A DNA stretch of 64,000 bases from Hormiphora californensis (lineage: Eukaryota; Animalia; Ctenophora). The position numbers were made by a program, and so were the translations under genes. A model generated the notes under the pieces. The model saw only the letters and a list, made by a program, of their open reading frames with translations, had not been told where the DNA came from and did not search any database. Positions 51,383 to 64,000 of this stretch are shown here, one piece after another. Within the stretch, counting starts at the first letter, position 1; the number at the start of each line of letters is the position of its first letter. The DNA is taken from positions 6,882,001-6,946,000 of the forward strand of contig CM035358.1 of the NCBI GenBank assembly GCA_020137815.1, in the 5' to 3' direction.

Positions 51383-53524
51383 GGGGGTGGCGGCCAACAT
51401 CGGCCTGAATATAAATAGTGTAGACACTTAACAATGATAAAAACTGTAATAAATTAAACATAAAATGAGTCTATTACCCCACTTGATATAGCTGCTCGCC
51501 CCTGTTGCCCTCGCCCCTCAATCTACCCCGATGCCCCCTGATGGAAACAGTTATTGATCGCACCATGGCGAAAGATAGTCTGAGTCGAAGATAACGGATG
51601 CATTGGTCGTAGGTGTATCCCGTTTTCTTAGCTTTCTTATCGGCTAGCTGTTTCAGTGTCTTTTTGAATTCTCGACCGAGACCCCCCGTCGTGGACATTA
51701 CCAGAGGTGTAAATGAAGATTTTTCTACTTCAATGACCCGATGAAGGTAGCCAGTCTTTTTCTCCCTCTCATGTTTTTCATACACTTTACAGATTGCCTG
51801 GTTAGAGTTAGATGCCACCCTAGGATTAAATACCCTCACATCAAAATAGGTGTTATCCATGCTAGACCAGAAATCACGTGTACTGATATCTAGGCGAGCT
51901 CCATCCGCCGTAATAGTTCCCTCTGGGAGACTCATTCCTCGTACATTTAGCAGATGGGGTTCAACTTTCGTGTCGTGACACACATTACTGAACTCACTTG
52001 CGATAAAGTCTCTCACGTTGTTGTGGCGAAAGCATACAAAACCGCCGATCTTACATGAAATTGAGTGATCGATACTATTTTCCTCTCCACACACGCAGTT
52101 GGTAGGCAGTGCTTCTCCTGTCAGCGGCAAGTTGTAACGTGCAGACAGAGCATCATGCCACTCTTGTCTGTTCAATGTAAAGTTCAGTGCTTGGAGGGGA
52201 AGACAAGTAAGCCAAGAAGATGCACCTTTCTCAGACAGGAGATCAAGGTTCCTTCTTTCGGCGCTAGTCATTTTGCTTCGAATCTCCTCAATTTTCTGAT
52301 GATGAATGTCATTTTTGGTACGGCGAATAATTGATGATTTCTCAGTTTGTTGGTTTTTGTCAACCTGAAATGTTTCGTGTTGGCCAAGAACCGCTGCAGA
52401 CAAGTCTTCTGTGATGAACTTAGAAAAGCTGTACTCCGAATCCGCTGATAGTTCTGGGTTATCAATTCCCAATCCTCCAAATCTAACAGGGAGGGATGCA
52501 ACTGATCTCAAGGTGTCGCTGATAACATGTTGGCCAGTTAGTACAGGAAGAAGTTTTTGGTGGATGGTTTTCTCGATGACTCCAAGTTTTTGGGATATTC
52601 CTGGAGTTGTTCTCATGAGGTAGCTCCACCTTTTCGAGATCCCGATGGTGTATGCACTATAGGCTATCTGTGGTTCGTTTACTGCAATTTCACAGAGTTG
52701 ACTGATTTCCTCGTTCCATTTTGCAACCTCGTTCTGAACAAATTCCCTCTGGCTCTCCTCTGTTCCGATGTATGATCCTAGGTAGCGTTGGCCGTCTGTA
52801 GTGATGTTGACGTCCGTGAACATTTCCCTTGCAGTTTCTTCGTATTGGGGTTTCACAATTAGCCACGATTTTCCGGGGTTAGGGAGGTATCCGTAGCCCG
52901 GTCCGTCACTCTTTATTTTTTCCCACCATGATTTTACTGACGAAAGTTTGCCTCCACCCAGGCCATCATCGGCATAGAATATTTGAGTGAGAGAGGAGTC
53001 CTTTAGGGAGCGAATGAGGGGCATGAGGCAACAAGCGTACATTGGCATAGCAGCAGTGTCTCCCTGGGTTGTACCCTCGGCTGATTTCATAGTCTCATGG
53101 GTCATGCCATCGCATAGGAAGAGATCAGCTGTTAGTCCGTACGTATTTTTCAAATATAATTCGAATTCAGGGCAAGTATAGTTAATATTATTCAAAGCTG
53201 ACACACGATTTAACGAATTGAATGCATTACTAGCATCTACAAGCAAAATACATTCACAATTTTCACTCTCAAATAAATCTCTTGCTGCGTGAACAGCAGC
53301 CTCCACACCGCTTTCGAGTCCTGCACACAGTTGAATTGGTGCTGTGCATTCAATAATGTCCGGTTTGAGGGCTCGAGTGATAACTTTGCCCACCAATCGT
53401 CTGAGTATTTCACCAATCCCGATCGGTCTAATACCAGTTGGCTTCTTGCTCAGTGGAACTAGCCGGGAGGCCACATAGGATGTAATATGTTTCGGGTCGA
53501 TTGGTTCTGTAGCTATCTTAACAG
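51383..53524 (-). mobile_element. 5'-truncated CRE-clade non-LTR retrotransposon (RT, CCHC finger, restriction-like endonuclease), 15-bp TSD
   Basis: Stop-free ORF to 51474 with IRPIGIGEILRRL, DASNAFN, GTTQGD, YADD, CVCG..H...C, RHN, RLD..FDV and EKK motifs. TSD AAAAAGATAATATTG at 51368-51382 and 53525-53539. Confidence 0.9.
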
Positions 53525-53552
53525 AAAAAGATAATATTGAAATATTTTGGTC

Positions 53553-53607
53553 GGCAGGGTGGTGTAGTGGCCAGTACACTCGCCTCCCATGCATTAGGTC
53601 CAGGGTT
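53553..53607 (+). ncRNA. tRNA-Gly(CCC)-like fragment (SINE head or pseudo-tRNA), truncated at the B box
   Basis: GGCAGGG TG GTGTAGTGG (A box) ..CTCGC CTCCCAT GC.. AGGTC CAGGG TT. The anticodon stem is mismatched, so this is not a functional tRNA. Confidence 0.6.
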
Positions 53608-54372
53608 TTCCAGGTCGGTAGAACTTCGACTGAATTTAGGGCATGTCTGAATTTAGGGCAGTTCTGAATTTAGGGTAGGTCTGAATTTAGAGCAGGTCTG
53701 AATTTAGGGCAGGTCAATTTAGGGCAGGTCTGAATACTAAGCATGTGAATGTGATTCGGGGTCCGGGGGAGCTTATTAGCGGTGTGAGACGATACGAGAT
53801 ATATAGAACATGATTCGGGGAAGCCAATCAGGAGAGAGATGAGATACGATTCGGGGAAAGTTTCTATCGCTTTCCATCCCTATATACGCTATCACCACTC
53901 AGAAAGCTTTCAGTGTATGTGGCTCTAAGCTTCGGAACAATGTACCCAAAAGCCTAAAAGAAGTATCATTCTAACACTCCTGATTGGCTTCCCCGAATCA
54001 CGTTCCATATCTCGTATCGTCTCACTCCGCTAATAAGCTTACCCGAATCACATTCACATGCTTAGTATTCAGACCTGCCCTAAATTCAGACCTGCCCTAA
54101 ATTCAGACCTGCCCTAAATTAACCTGCCTTAAATTCTGTCGAAGTTCTACCGACCTGCCAGTTTTCTCGGTAAGAAATTGCTCCTCTGCATCTGGGATGG
54201 CGGGGGAAAGCTCCTCTGGGATGTAGGGCTCCTCTCCTGAGCTAGTAGCGGGATGACACAGGACTTCCCAGGGTAATCCAAGTTCCTCGGTAAAGGTAGT
54301 GGGCTGTAAAAGTGAGGCAGGAGGGAAGGGTATTTAGGTCTAGGATTGACTTCAATTGTTCCTGTTATAAAC

Positions 54373-54481
54373 CAGGAACCGACCGAAACAGATAAACAAC
54401 CAATCATAACTCGTTATTTAGGTCACGTGACTGGTTATCAGCCAATCAGGGACCAGTATTTCCTGATTCGGTCGGTTCCTG
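54373..54481 (+). mobile_element. 109-bp hAT-type MITE, 8-bp TSD TTATAAAC
   Basis: Same family as 27571. TSD at 54365-54372 and 54482-54489. Confidence 0.92.
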
Positions 54482-54847
54482 TTATAAACCAATCGATTAG
54501 TTATAAAGATGACGTGTCTCTTTCTCTCTCACACGTGATCAGTGATCAGATCACGACAATACGTGGTAGACGAATATTAGCAATGAGTAGGGATACATGT
54601 TACTTCCCTAGGTATAAATAAATCCAGAGGCATCGCTCGTTCTTTGACTTCAATTGATCGTTATAAACCAATCGAGTACTTATAAATCCGCTCTAGGCTA
54701 ATCTTTTAGACTTCATAACCAGAGGCAGAACCTTCCCGGGCTACAGTTGTTACAGTAATTTATTGGAATTGGTTGTCAGTGGTAAACCCATTTAAAACAT
54801 ATCTTTGTTTCAGTATAGTTTAGTAGTATTGAAATCATGCGGTGAAA

Positions 54848-55430
54848 ATGTTCATAGTCCTATTCCTACTACTTTTCTGTGCGACCCTTCAAAGTGGTAC
54901 GGCCGTTCACAGTTAGTGTAGCGAATCACCACACCGGGTGCCCCGTTTTTTACAAACCGGAATTTATTGATTATATAAATTGTATCTGCTTTAATTCAAA
55001 TTTTGCTCCTTTTTACAGCTCTCTCATTTCCAGGCAGTGGAAGTTGGTCCCCAACGTCAGAGATCAAGTTTCAAGTGTTTCCTGTTGCAGATGGCACGGT
55101 AAAGTTCAAAACAAGCTCCCCCACTGTAGGGATGAGATCAGATGTTCGATTTTATGACTCCACACTTTCGTATACCGGCGGATTCGCGGTTAGTTTTGGA
55201 TTCTTATATGCGAGGCATGGTTAGTATAATTATCAGTTGACTGTGATTGTTTATTTCGGCAATGAAATGTATTTTCAGGTGATATTCGAGAGTTCAGGCC
55301 TGAGGTATTGGTTAGAAGGCTGTGTTTCCTCTATAATCGATAAGGACTACTCTGGTGAGTCTTATGAAGAAAACATCGAAACTGACGACTTGACTTACTT
55401 GACTTATGCCGAGTGGTATTCTCGAACACG
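54848..55430 (+). CDS. Small secreted protein of unknown function (3 exons seen, 3' end unresolved)
   Basis: Signal peptide MFIVLFLLLFCATLQSA spliced in phase to exons ~55019-55188 (WSPTSEIKF..KFKTSSP..VRFYD..GGFA) and 55279-55430 (VIFESSGLRYWLEGC). Confidence 0.6.
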
Positions 55431-55739
55431 GTAGGAAAGTTCTCACCATAACAGTCCGTCATACACATTTCCACTTGGAGTTTCTTGCTCGTATTTTCTG
55501 TCAGAATCTGTATAACACGCACGTGAATTTGAGCCGCGGCGCGGCGCATCTGCACGGGCAGTTTTTCCAGAGAGAGTGAGAGACAATCGTATAACGTTAA
55601 TGTGCGTCTCTCTCTCTTTAATCTCGCACGTGAATATGAGCCGCGGCGCGGCGCATCTGCACGTGCGGTTCTTCCAGATAGAAATTCCAAATATAAATTC
55701 CAGATAGAAATTTCAAATAGAAATGTGTATGACGCCGTG

Positions 55740-56281
55740 TAAGTCTCGGTCAGCCATCATTGAAGCTATCTCGTCTATTCTTTTCACTCCAGTGTCCTTT
55801 CGTATCATGGTGTCCACGAAAGTAAGTTTAGGTCTCCCTCTCTTAGTTTTACCATGGGAGGGTTCCCATAACAACACTGAGTGTAAAGTTAGTTCTGGGT
55901 GTCGAAGTGCATGGACCGCATGTTTAAGCCTCCTCTCAAACGGATCTTGAGTCCCAAATCTTTTTGAGTTTATGACATGCTACCCATGCCTTCCTGAGCA
56001 GAACTCCAAGTTGTTCAGCAAGGAGTGCCAGGTCATCAGCAAACTCCGTGTCCAATACCCGTTTGGCCTCAATAGCCAATAGGTCGAGATCTAGTACCCC
56101 GTCTTGGGTGGATGGTGAAACCAATCTCCGCTTTGAGAGTGCTGTTGTAATTTACAAAAATCCAATGCAATGATGAAGAGGAAAGGGGCAAGTGTATCCC
56201 CTGTAATACTCCAGCAACAATCTCAAAGAGGGCTGTTTCTCCATCAGCTGTAAGGACCTTGGCTTTAGTGTTCTTATACAA
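55740..56281 (-). mobile_element. Decayed RTE-type non-LTR retrotransposon fragment
   Basis: Broken frames give YKNTKAKVLTADGET..GVLQG, FADDLALL, AWVACHKLKKIW and WEPSHGKTKRGRP. Confidence 0.8.
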
Positions 56282-56302
56282 CCAAGAGAGAGACCATATC
56301 TA

Positions 56303-56885
56303 TATTATAAAGTACAAATGAACGTCGTAGTGATGATGACCTATCCTCACGTGCAAATAGAGGGGGTTGCCAAGGAGGTGGCTTGGAAGGGGTATTGGAG
56401 GGTGATACTGCACGTGCATGTTGTTGATTGTTTGTTGCGTGTTCCTGTGTGGTGTTTCGTGGTGTTTTGGGATCTACTACTGCTGTCCCCATGATTGCTA
56501 AAGCTTTTCTACCTACGTACCCTGTTGACTTTCTACACAGCTACAATTCTACGGATCTTTATCACCTGATTCTACATGTTATTCAGCGGGATTTCCCTTG
56601 ATGTTTGTCACCAGCGCTCTACCACTACCAACCTCCGTATTCTTTACCCCGACATGGAGAGACGAAGAGTAAGAGGGGGAGAGAGACATGGGGACGGTGG
56701 GGGGGGGGGGGGGGGGGGGGGGTGAGGGACTTCAATGGGCTTTCTAGTCCTTATTATAAAGTACAAATGAACGTCGTAGTGATGATGACCTATCCTCACG
56801 TGCAAATAGAGGGGGTTGCCAAGGAGGTGCCTTGGAAGGGGTATTGGAGGGTGATACTGCACGTGCATGTTGTTGATTGTTTGTT
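56303..56885 (+). repeat. Two ~134-bp near-identical direct repeats
   Basis: 56303-56436 and 56752-56885. Confidence 0.85.
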
Positions 56886-58164
56886 AGCCTTCCCTATTTA
56901 CCGTCCCGTATGGTTTTGGAACTAAAATTCGGAATTTCTGTACCAATGAGTGTTTAGAAGACAGTAATAGCTGCAATATGATGGCTCGAAAATGGGCGAA
57001 AAGTTAACCTGGCTCTTTAGCCAGCGGCTGGAAACCGTGCGAATTTTAGCGAACTTTGGCTACCTCCCGCCACTTCTTGCTACTTTTTGCGTGCGCGCGC
57101 GATGTTACGCGAAAAGAAAATCCGCGCTTACATGCGCGTTGCCGCGCGCCACCCCAAAAAGCATCTCAATACCTACAGATTTTTTTGGGTCTCGCCTGTT
57201 TTCTAAACTTTTCAGACTTCTCCAAATTTTACTTTACAACTTTTTCTAACTTTTCCTTGCCACTTTGCAGTCTTGATGAAAGCCTTTTTAGACTTCAATT
57301 TCTGCTGGAAATGAATCCTTCTTTTTCAATTATCTTGCTTTCAGATGCTTTTGCGCTAAAAGCTGTGTTCAAGGGTCAAATACCCAAACAGTGCGACAAA
57401 AGAGGGACAAAAGGTGGTTATTTGACTATTGGACACATAACTTTTAGCGCAAAAACATTTGAAAGCAAGATAATGGCAAAATTAGGATTCATTCCCAGCA
57501 CTGGGCCAGCAGAAAACGTAGCTTTAAATGGTGTCGATCAAAACCATAAGACAAAACACAGTTAGAAAGTTAAAAGTACTGAAGTTTGTGAAGTTTTGAA
57601 AGCACAAGCGATACCTAATAAGTTAAGGTGTTGGGATGCTTTCGGATCAATGAATTACCAAATTCTTTAGCGTTTAGTAACACCCTTCTCTTCAGAATCA
57701 GATTATCGCAACCTGAACCAGGGAAAATCGTTTCATAAAGATGAATTAACTGAAGCGTTAAGGGTCCCGCTGTTCTAACCCAGTTAAGAGAGATGATGCA
57801 AGTGAATCAAATCATCAAGATCAGGTATGAACAGTTTAATGTTAATATCACTAGCATGGCTGATCATACCAATATATGCCCCTCTCGATGTGTCGCCCCT
57901 TTTTTCTCTCACCAGGATTTCCATTTCTCTATTTCCTCATCTCTGTTTCTTTCTCTCTCCTTTCTCTCTCTCCTTTCTCTCTCTCTCTCCGCTCTCTCTC
58001 TCTCTCTGTCATTCTCTCTCTCTCTCTGTCATTCTCTCTCTTTCATTCTCTCATCCCTTCATTCTCTCTCTGTGTCATTATCTCTCTTTCATTCTCTCAT
58101 CCCCTCATTCTCTCTCTCTGTCATTCTCTCTCTTTCATTCTCTCATCCCTTCATTCTCTCTCTG

Positions 58165-59497
58165 GGCAGGTCGGTAGAACTTCGACAGAATTTAGGGTAG
58201 GTCAATTTAGGGTAGGTCTGAATTTAGGGTAGGTCTGAATTTAGGGTAGGTCTGAATTTAGGGTAGGTCTGAATTTAGGGTAGGTCTGAATTTAGGGTAG
58301 GTCTGAATTTAGGGTAGGTCCGTAACGTATCGTTTATTAAAGCATTGTAATTCGACATTAGGTTCTGATGAGGTCGCTGAACCACGTCCCGTATCTCGTA
58401 TCAACTCATTTCAATTCGATCTTAGTCACCGATTAGGTCGCTGAACCACGTCCCGTATCTCGTATCAACTCATTGAAATTCGAGGTTAGACACAAATTAG
58501 GTCCCTGAACCGCGTCCCGTATCTCGTATCAACTCATTTCAATTCGATCTTAGTCACCGATTAGGTCGCTGAACCGCGTCCCGTATCTCGTATCAACTCA
58601 TTGCAATTCCATCTTAGTCACCGAGACTAAGTACTACTTAAAGTAGGTGAACTGAGTTAGGTCGGTATACTGTGTTCCGTATTGCATCAAATGAAATTAT
58701 TAGTTTATGCACGTAGACTTTAAGAGTTCCATCCTGAGTTGAAACCTGTTTAAGAAAAAAAAAACAATTCGTTTGCCATCTCATTTGTGTCTAACCTCGA
58801 ATTCCAATGAGTTGATACGAGATATGGGACGCGGTTCAGCGACCTAATCGGTGACAAAGATCGAATTGAAATGAGTTGATACGAGATACGGGACGCGGTT
58901 CAGGGACCTAATCGGTGACAAAGATCGAATTGAAATGAGTTGATACGAGATACGGGACGCGGTTCAGGGACCTAATTTGTGTCTAACCTCGAATTTCAAT
59001 GAGTTGATACGAGATACGGGACGTGGTTCAGCGACCTAATCGGTGACTAAGATCGAATTGAAATGAGTTGATACGAGATACGGGACGCAGTTCAGGGACC
59101 TAATCGGTGACTAAGATCGAATTGAAATGAGTTGATATGAGATACGGGACGCGTTTCAGGGACCTAATTTGTGTCTAACCTCGAATTTCAATGAGTTGAT
59201 ACGAGATACGGGACGTGGTTCAGCGACCTAATCGGTGACTAAGATCGAATTGAAATGAGTTGATACGAGATACGGGACGCGGTTCAGCGACCTAATCAGA
59301 ACCTAATGTCGAATTGCAATGCTTTGATAAACGATACGTTACGGACCTACCCTAAATTCAGACCTACCCTAATTTCACCTACCCTAAATTCAGACCTACC
59401 CTAAATTCAGACCTACCCTAAATTCAGACCTACCCTAAATTCAGACCTACCCTAAATTGACCTACCCTAAATTCTGTCGAAGTTCTACCGACCTGCC
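58165..59497. mobile_element. Foldback element with the same termini as 50383, 9-bp TSD CTCTCTCTG
   Basis: Identical terminal sequence, 17-bp subterminal repeats and inverted arrays of a ~64-bp unit. Inserted into a CTCTCTGTCATT-type repeat. Confidence 0.9.
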
Positions 59498-60239
59498 CTC
59501 TCTCTGTGTCATTATCTCTCTTTCATTCTCTCATCCCCTCATTCTCTCTCTCTGTCATTCTCTCTCCGGCATTCTCTCTCTGTCATTCTCTCTCTGTGTC
59601 ATTCTCTCTGTGTCATTCTCCAATTCTGTCTGTCATTCTCTTATTCTCTCTCTGCCATTCTCTCTCTGTCATTCTCTCTCTGTCATTCTCTCTGTAAATT
59701 ACTCGGTTATTCTCTCTGTAATTCCCTTTGTCATTCCCTTAACCCTTTGTCATTCCCTTTGTCCCTTTGCCAAAATGACCAAAAAAGTAGGGCCAAAACA
59801 AGCCAAACCCGCCCTAAAATCTGGGATTGATATGGCTTTTTTGGCCCCCCCCCCCTATAACATTTATTATTACTCGTCTGACGTCTCAAGCTGACTTGAA
59901 CCACATCCCCGTCAGAGCCTACCATTTCGTAACATGTCTTACTTCCCCTTTAGACCCTCCCATTTCGTGACATGTTGCCAAGAATCGAACCCCGCCTGCA
60001 AGAACTGCTACATTAAATCAGGTGGAAACAGCATGCGGAGAATGAGTAATGAGAGAGTGAGGACGGATTCATCGAATACTTCGATAAATAGTCTTAGTAA
60101 CACACGAAGTCGCCGCTATTCTAAACAAGTGGATGCCCCTATTATTAAGGCAAGTGTGGAAGATGGTTGGCAGTGTGGGGGGGGGGGGGGGTTGTCAAGA
60201 TAACCAAATATCACCATGACAAGCACGGGTTACATAGTA

Positions 60240-61921
60240 GGGTAGACCGGGGTAATTTGGACGGTTTTGGCATTCAATTGGTATTTCAAGAGCCATTAAT
60301 TTACTTAATCAATTAGTTAGCTACTCAATTTGTGCAACTGAACCTTTATCTTGAGCCTCAGAACAAATTTGAATCGAAAACATAACTTTTAGATAGCTAA
60401 TTAACCTTGTTAATGAAGGTAAGTCGGAATATTTTTGATCGCGAGACACGGGGCAATTTGGACTAGTGGCTTCTAGACCAATCACAATGCGCGCATTCAA
60501 TCACGTGACCGCGACACACCACATTGCCCCAGCTGTATATCTGCGATGTAAATCAGACCGAGGTTGGGGCTATTTGGACAAACTTAGATTGTAGCCACAG
60601 TTTTTGAGATATCGATTTCAAACTTTTCAGTCATCTAGTAATTTAGTATCCCATGCTATTCCTTTTTTCAAATTAGTTAATTAAGTAGTAATTAGCCTAA
60701 TTAACCAAAAAATTAAGTGTTCATCAGATCTATATCTATAGGGTGCATTTTCGAAAGCTCAGGATTAGCCTAGTCGATTAGAAAAAGATTTGATCTAATC
60801 CCAAATAGGGTTTTTGAGAAAATCGACATCAAAGATCAAAAAACCACAAATAAAGCTACGGTTTTCAAAGGAATGCTGTTTGTGTTTTCAGGTGCTTACA
60901 AGGCCAGAAATTACTATTATGGGGATCCAGTCTAATTAATCATGTTAGTGGCCGATTCCCACTCAATGCAATTCCCTGGGGTTACTATAGCAACGGAGTT
61001 TGTTACCATAGTAACCGGCGAATTTGCATTAGTTTACTATTTTCTTGCTCCAAATTCACCCATTACATCCGTATTATTAGACTATCGATTATTTAAACAT
61101 GATTGTGAGTCACAATGAGACATCAGACTACCTTCAGTTACCAGCCAGTCAGGGGCTTTGGTTATCAAATGTATGCCTATTGCTCTAAGTTAGCCTGTAA
61201 TTTATCCCTTTATTTGCACTTTGCAGTTATATCAGCTACATATGGATGATTATCATGATAAAACACTACTTTTGGTCATCAAAGCACCAGTCCTAGATAT
61301 TCTGGAGCACCTTATGAAGTTGGTTTGTCGAATGCCACACCATGGATTGACGTGTTACCTTGGCATCCAGAGAATTGGTTGTAAAATGCGCCTTTTTTCT
61401 ATTTTTTTGGTCTATTTACTCAGTTTTAGCCATCTATATTGATTGAATAGGATAATTATGAAAGCAGGTTGTCTATGGTTACCATAGAAACGAGTATAAT
61501 GGCGCCATGAGGCCAATTTGTTTTAACCAATTTGCCCCATGGGGCAATTTGGTCTAGTCCAAATTGCCCCATGGGGCAATCTGGATTATGACCGAATTGC
61601 CCCCGATTTTTTCGTCCGAATTGCCCCAAATTGTCCGAATTGCCCCGCTTCATTAAAATGCCAATTAGCTAATTAAATCGAAAGCTAATGTCATTTTGAT
61701 GATGAAACTGAATAGAAAAGTATCATATTGTGAAATTCTGACCCTTAATTTAAATAATTATCATAATTAAGTTTACCGAAATAAAGTTAAACTTTAAAGT
61801 CGTCATTTTTCGTTATTTCACACTAAACACCACAATTTAAAAGTCCCATATAAATCACTAGTCCACATTGCCCCGTCCTGTGACCACATTGCCCCACCGT
61901 CCAAATTACCCCGGTCTACCC
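60240..61921. mobile_element. Non-autonomous pogo/Tc1-like element (TA TSD)
   Basis: TA-GGGTAGACCGGGGTAATTTGGACGG/CCGTCCAAATTACCCCGGTCTACCC-TA. Internal GGGGCAATTTGG repeats. No transposase ORF. Confidence 0.8.
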
Positions 61922-62064
61922 TAAATTGGGGATTGTGTGGATTGTAGATCTTGTGGTTTTGTGCCCTAAATTGTGGTTGTGTAATGTTTGCCCTAAATTG
62001 AGGTTGTGTAATGTGTGCCCTAAATTGTGGTTGTGTGCCCTAAATCCATCAACTTCCTCTCCAG

Positions 62065-63289
<1,225 letters not shown>

Positions 63290-64000
63290 TAGCGGGGGAC
63301 GAGCCGTACCTCCTAAACGGTGATAGTTGTGCAAAAACAAACTACGGGAACATCCTGGAACAATTCCTGGACGACTTTTTGCAAATTATAAAATTTTTAT
63401 TCAAAAGTTCATTTTTCATTAATGAACTTTCTACACGTTCATTAATGAACTAAGGACTCTAATTTACCGAGAGTTGGGCATTTTGTTTGGGTTGAATTTA
63501 TCTTTCCAATGAGCACCATAAATATCAAATTGAAGCACCAGGTCACATGGCAGTTGAGAAAATGCACATGCATGATTTTGGCTCTTCCTGCGACTTTCAA
63601 TCGGCTGTATCACGGCTACCTTTTGTTCAATCTTTTTAAAAATTTGGGAGAACATCGGATAAGCAAAGATCTTTCCTCACAAGAAAAATCAAGGTCAAAA
63701 CTTAAAGTTCATTTTTAAGTGTTGGTAGTTCATTCCACTCATTCAGGAACAAACATCCCTAAAGTGATGAAAAGTGATGGTTTTTGTTTGGCCGATACCC
63801 TGCAATGATAGAGAGGTGTAAAAATACGCTTCCGGGCTAGTTAGTGAGTGTCCATGTGATCATGATGATATCTGACACCTTTTCTAAGCCATAATTAAGG
63901 GGTTTTCTCAAATGCAAGCATGTGATTTGAGTTTTCGTGATTGGTATCGTGCAGCAATGTTGAGAGATCTCATAGCACCTCAAAAACGATGATTAGTTCA

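Larger units (their letters stand above)
50383..54159. mobile_element. Composite TIR element (MULE/Merlin-like) with 8-bp TSD AGTTTTCT, carrying ~2.8 kb cargo
   Basis: Termini GGCAGGTCGGTAGAACTTCGAC/GTCGAAGTTCTACCGACCTGCC and 17-bp subterminal tandem repeats. TSD at 50375-50382 and 54160-54167. A second internal left end lies at 53611. Confidence 0.88.
46909..54303 (-). pseudogene. CCDC106-like gene whose exon is split by a 6.7-kb transposon nest
   Basis: 5' half 54303-54181 (PTTFTEELG..AIPDAEE) and 3' half 47440-46909 (PTTAIPDAEE repeats, then RRTKKSEELVEQYNKI..LTAAMEEASVSKTQF..IAELQKVDP) rejoin in frame within the same 30-bp repeat. The CCDC106 likeness is from recalled motif similarity. 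Confidence 0.65.

Noticed and set aside
53525-53594. N-terminal MHGRRVYW.. of the 706-aa RT ORF
   Set aside because: Lies outside the TSD-defined element; it is read-through into flank and antisense tRNA-like sequence.
53553-53607. Functional tRNA-Gly gene
   Set aside because: The anticodon stem is mismatched, and the T arm and 3' acceptor strand are missing.
56303-56885. LTR pair or TRIM
   Set aside because: No TG..CA ends, PBS or TSD seen; treated as a local duplication.
58320-59340. CRISPR-like regular repeats (also the 17-bp arrays at 50400 and 58190)
   Set aside because: Tandem units without unique spacers, inside a TIR element, in a eukaryote, with no cas genes.

Overview
Eukaryotic (animal) genomic DNA with GT-AG spliced genes, long (GA)n microsatellites and dense DNA-transposon content. 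It is probably a ctenophore (Pleurobrachia-like): the 109-bp MITE translating as KQPIRTRYLGHVTGYQPIRDQYFLIRSVP is one I recall from Pleurobrachia gene models, but I have not verified this. Bases ~190-6030 are homopolymer-degraded and look like a sequencing or assembly artefact. Genes assembled by hand from splice sites: DOLPP1 (+, first exon not found); an intronless 976-aa orphan protein made of nine ~47-aa beta-rich modules (+); a GLIS1/3-type zinc-finger factor (-); a Shisa/WBP1-like single-pass PY-motif protein (+); a two-cNMP-domain CNBD2-like gene (+); a CCDC106-like gene split by a 6.7-kb nest of transposons (-); and a small secreted protein (+). Mobile DNA includes an intact ITmD37E (DD37E) Tc1/mariner element, a 5'-truncated CRE-type RLE retrotransposon carried inside a composite TIR element, a MULE deletion derivative, an RTE fragment, and many MITE/foldback palindromes with readable TSDs. 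The strongest leads are the 976-aa repeat protein, the nested composite element with its retrotransposon next to a tRNA-like head, a foldback element whose TSD is the splice donor itself, and about 20 RFX X-box-like motifs.
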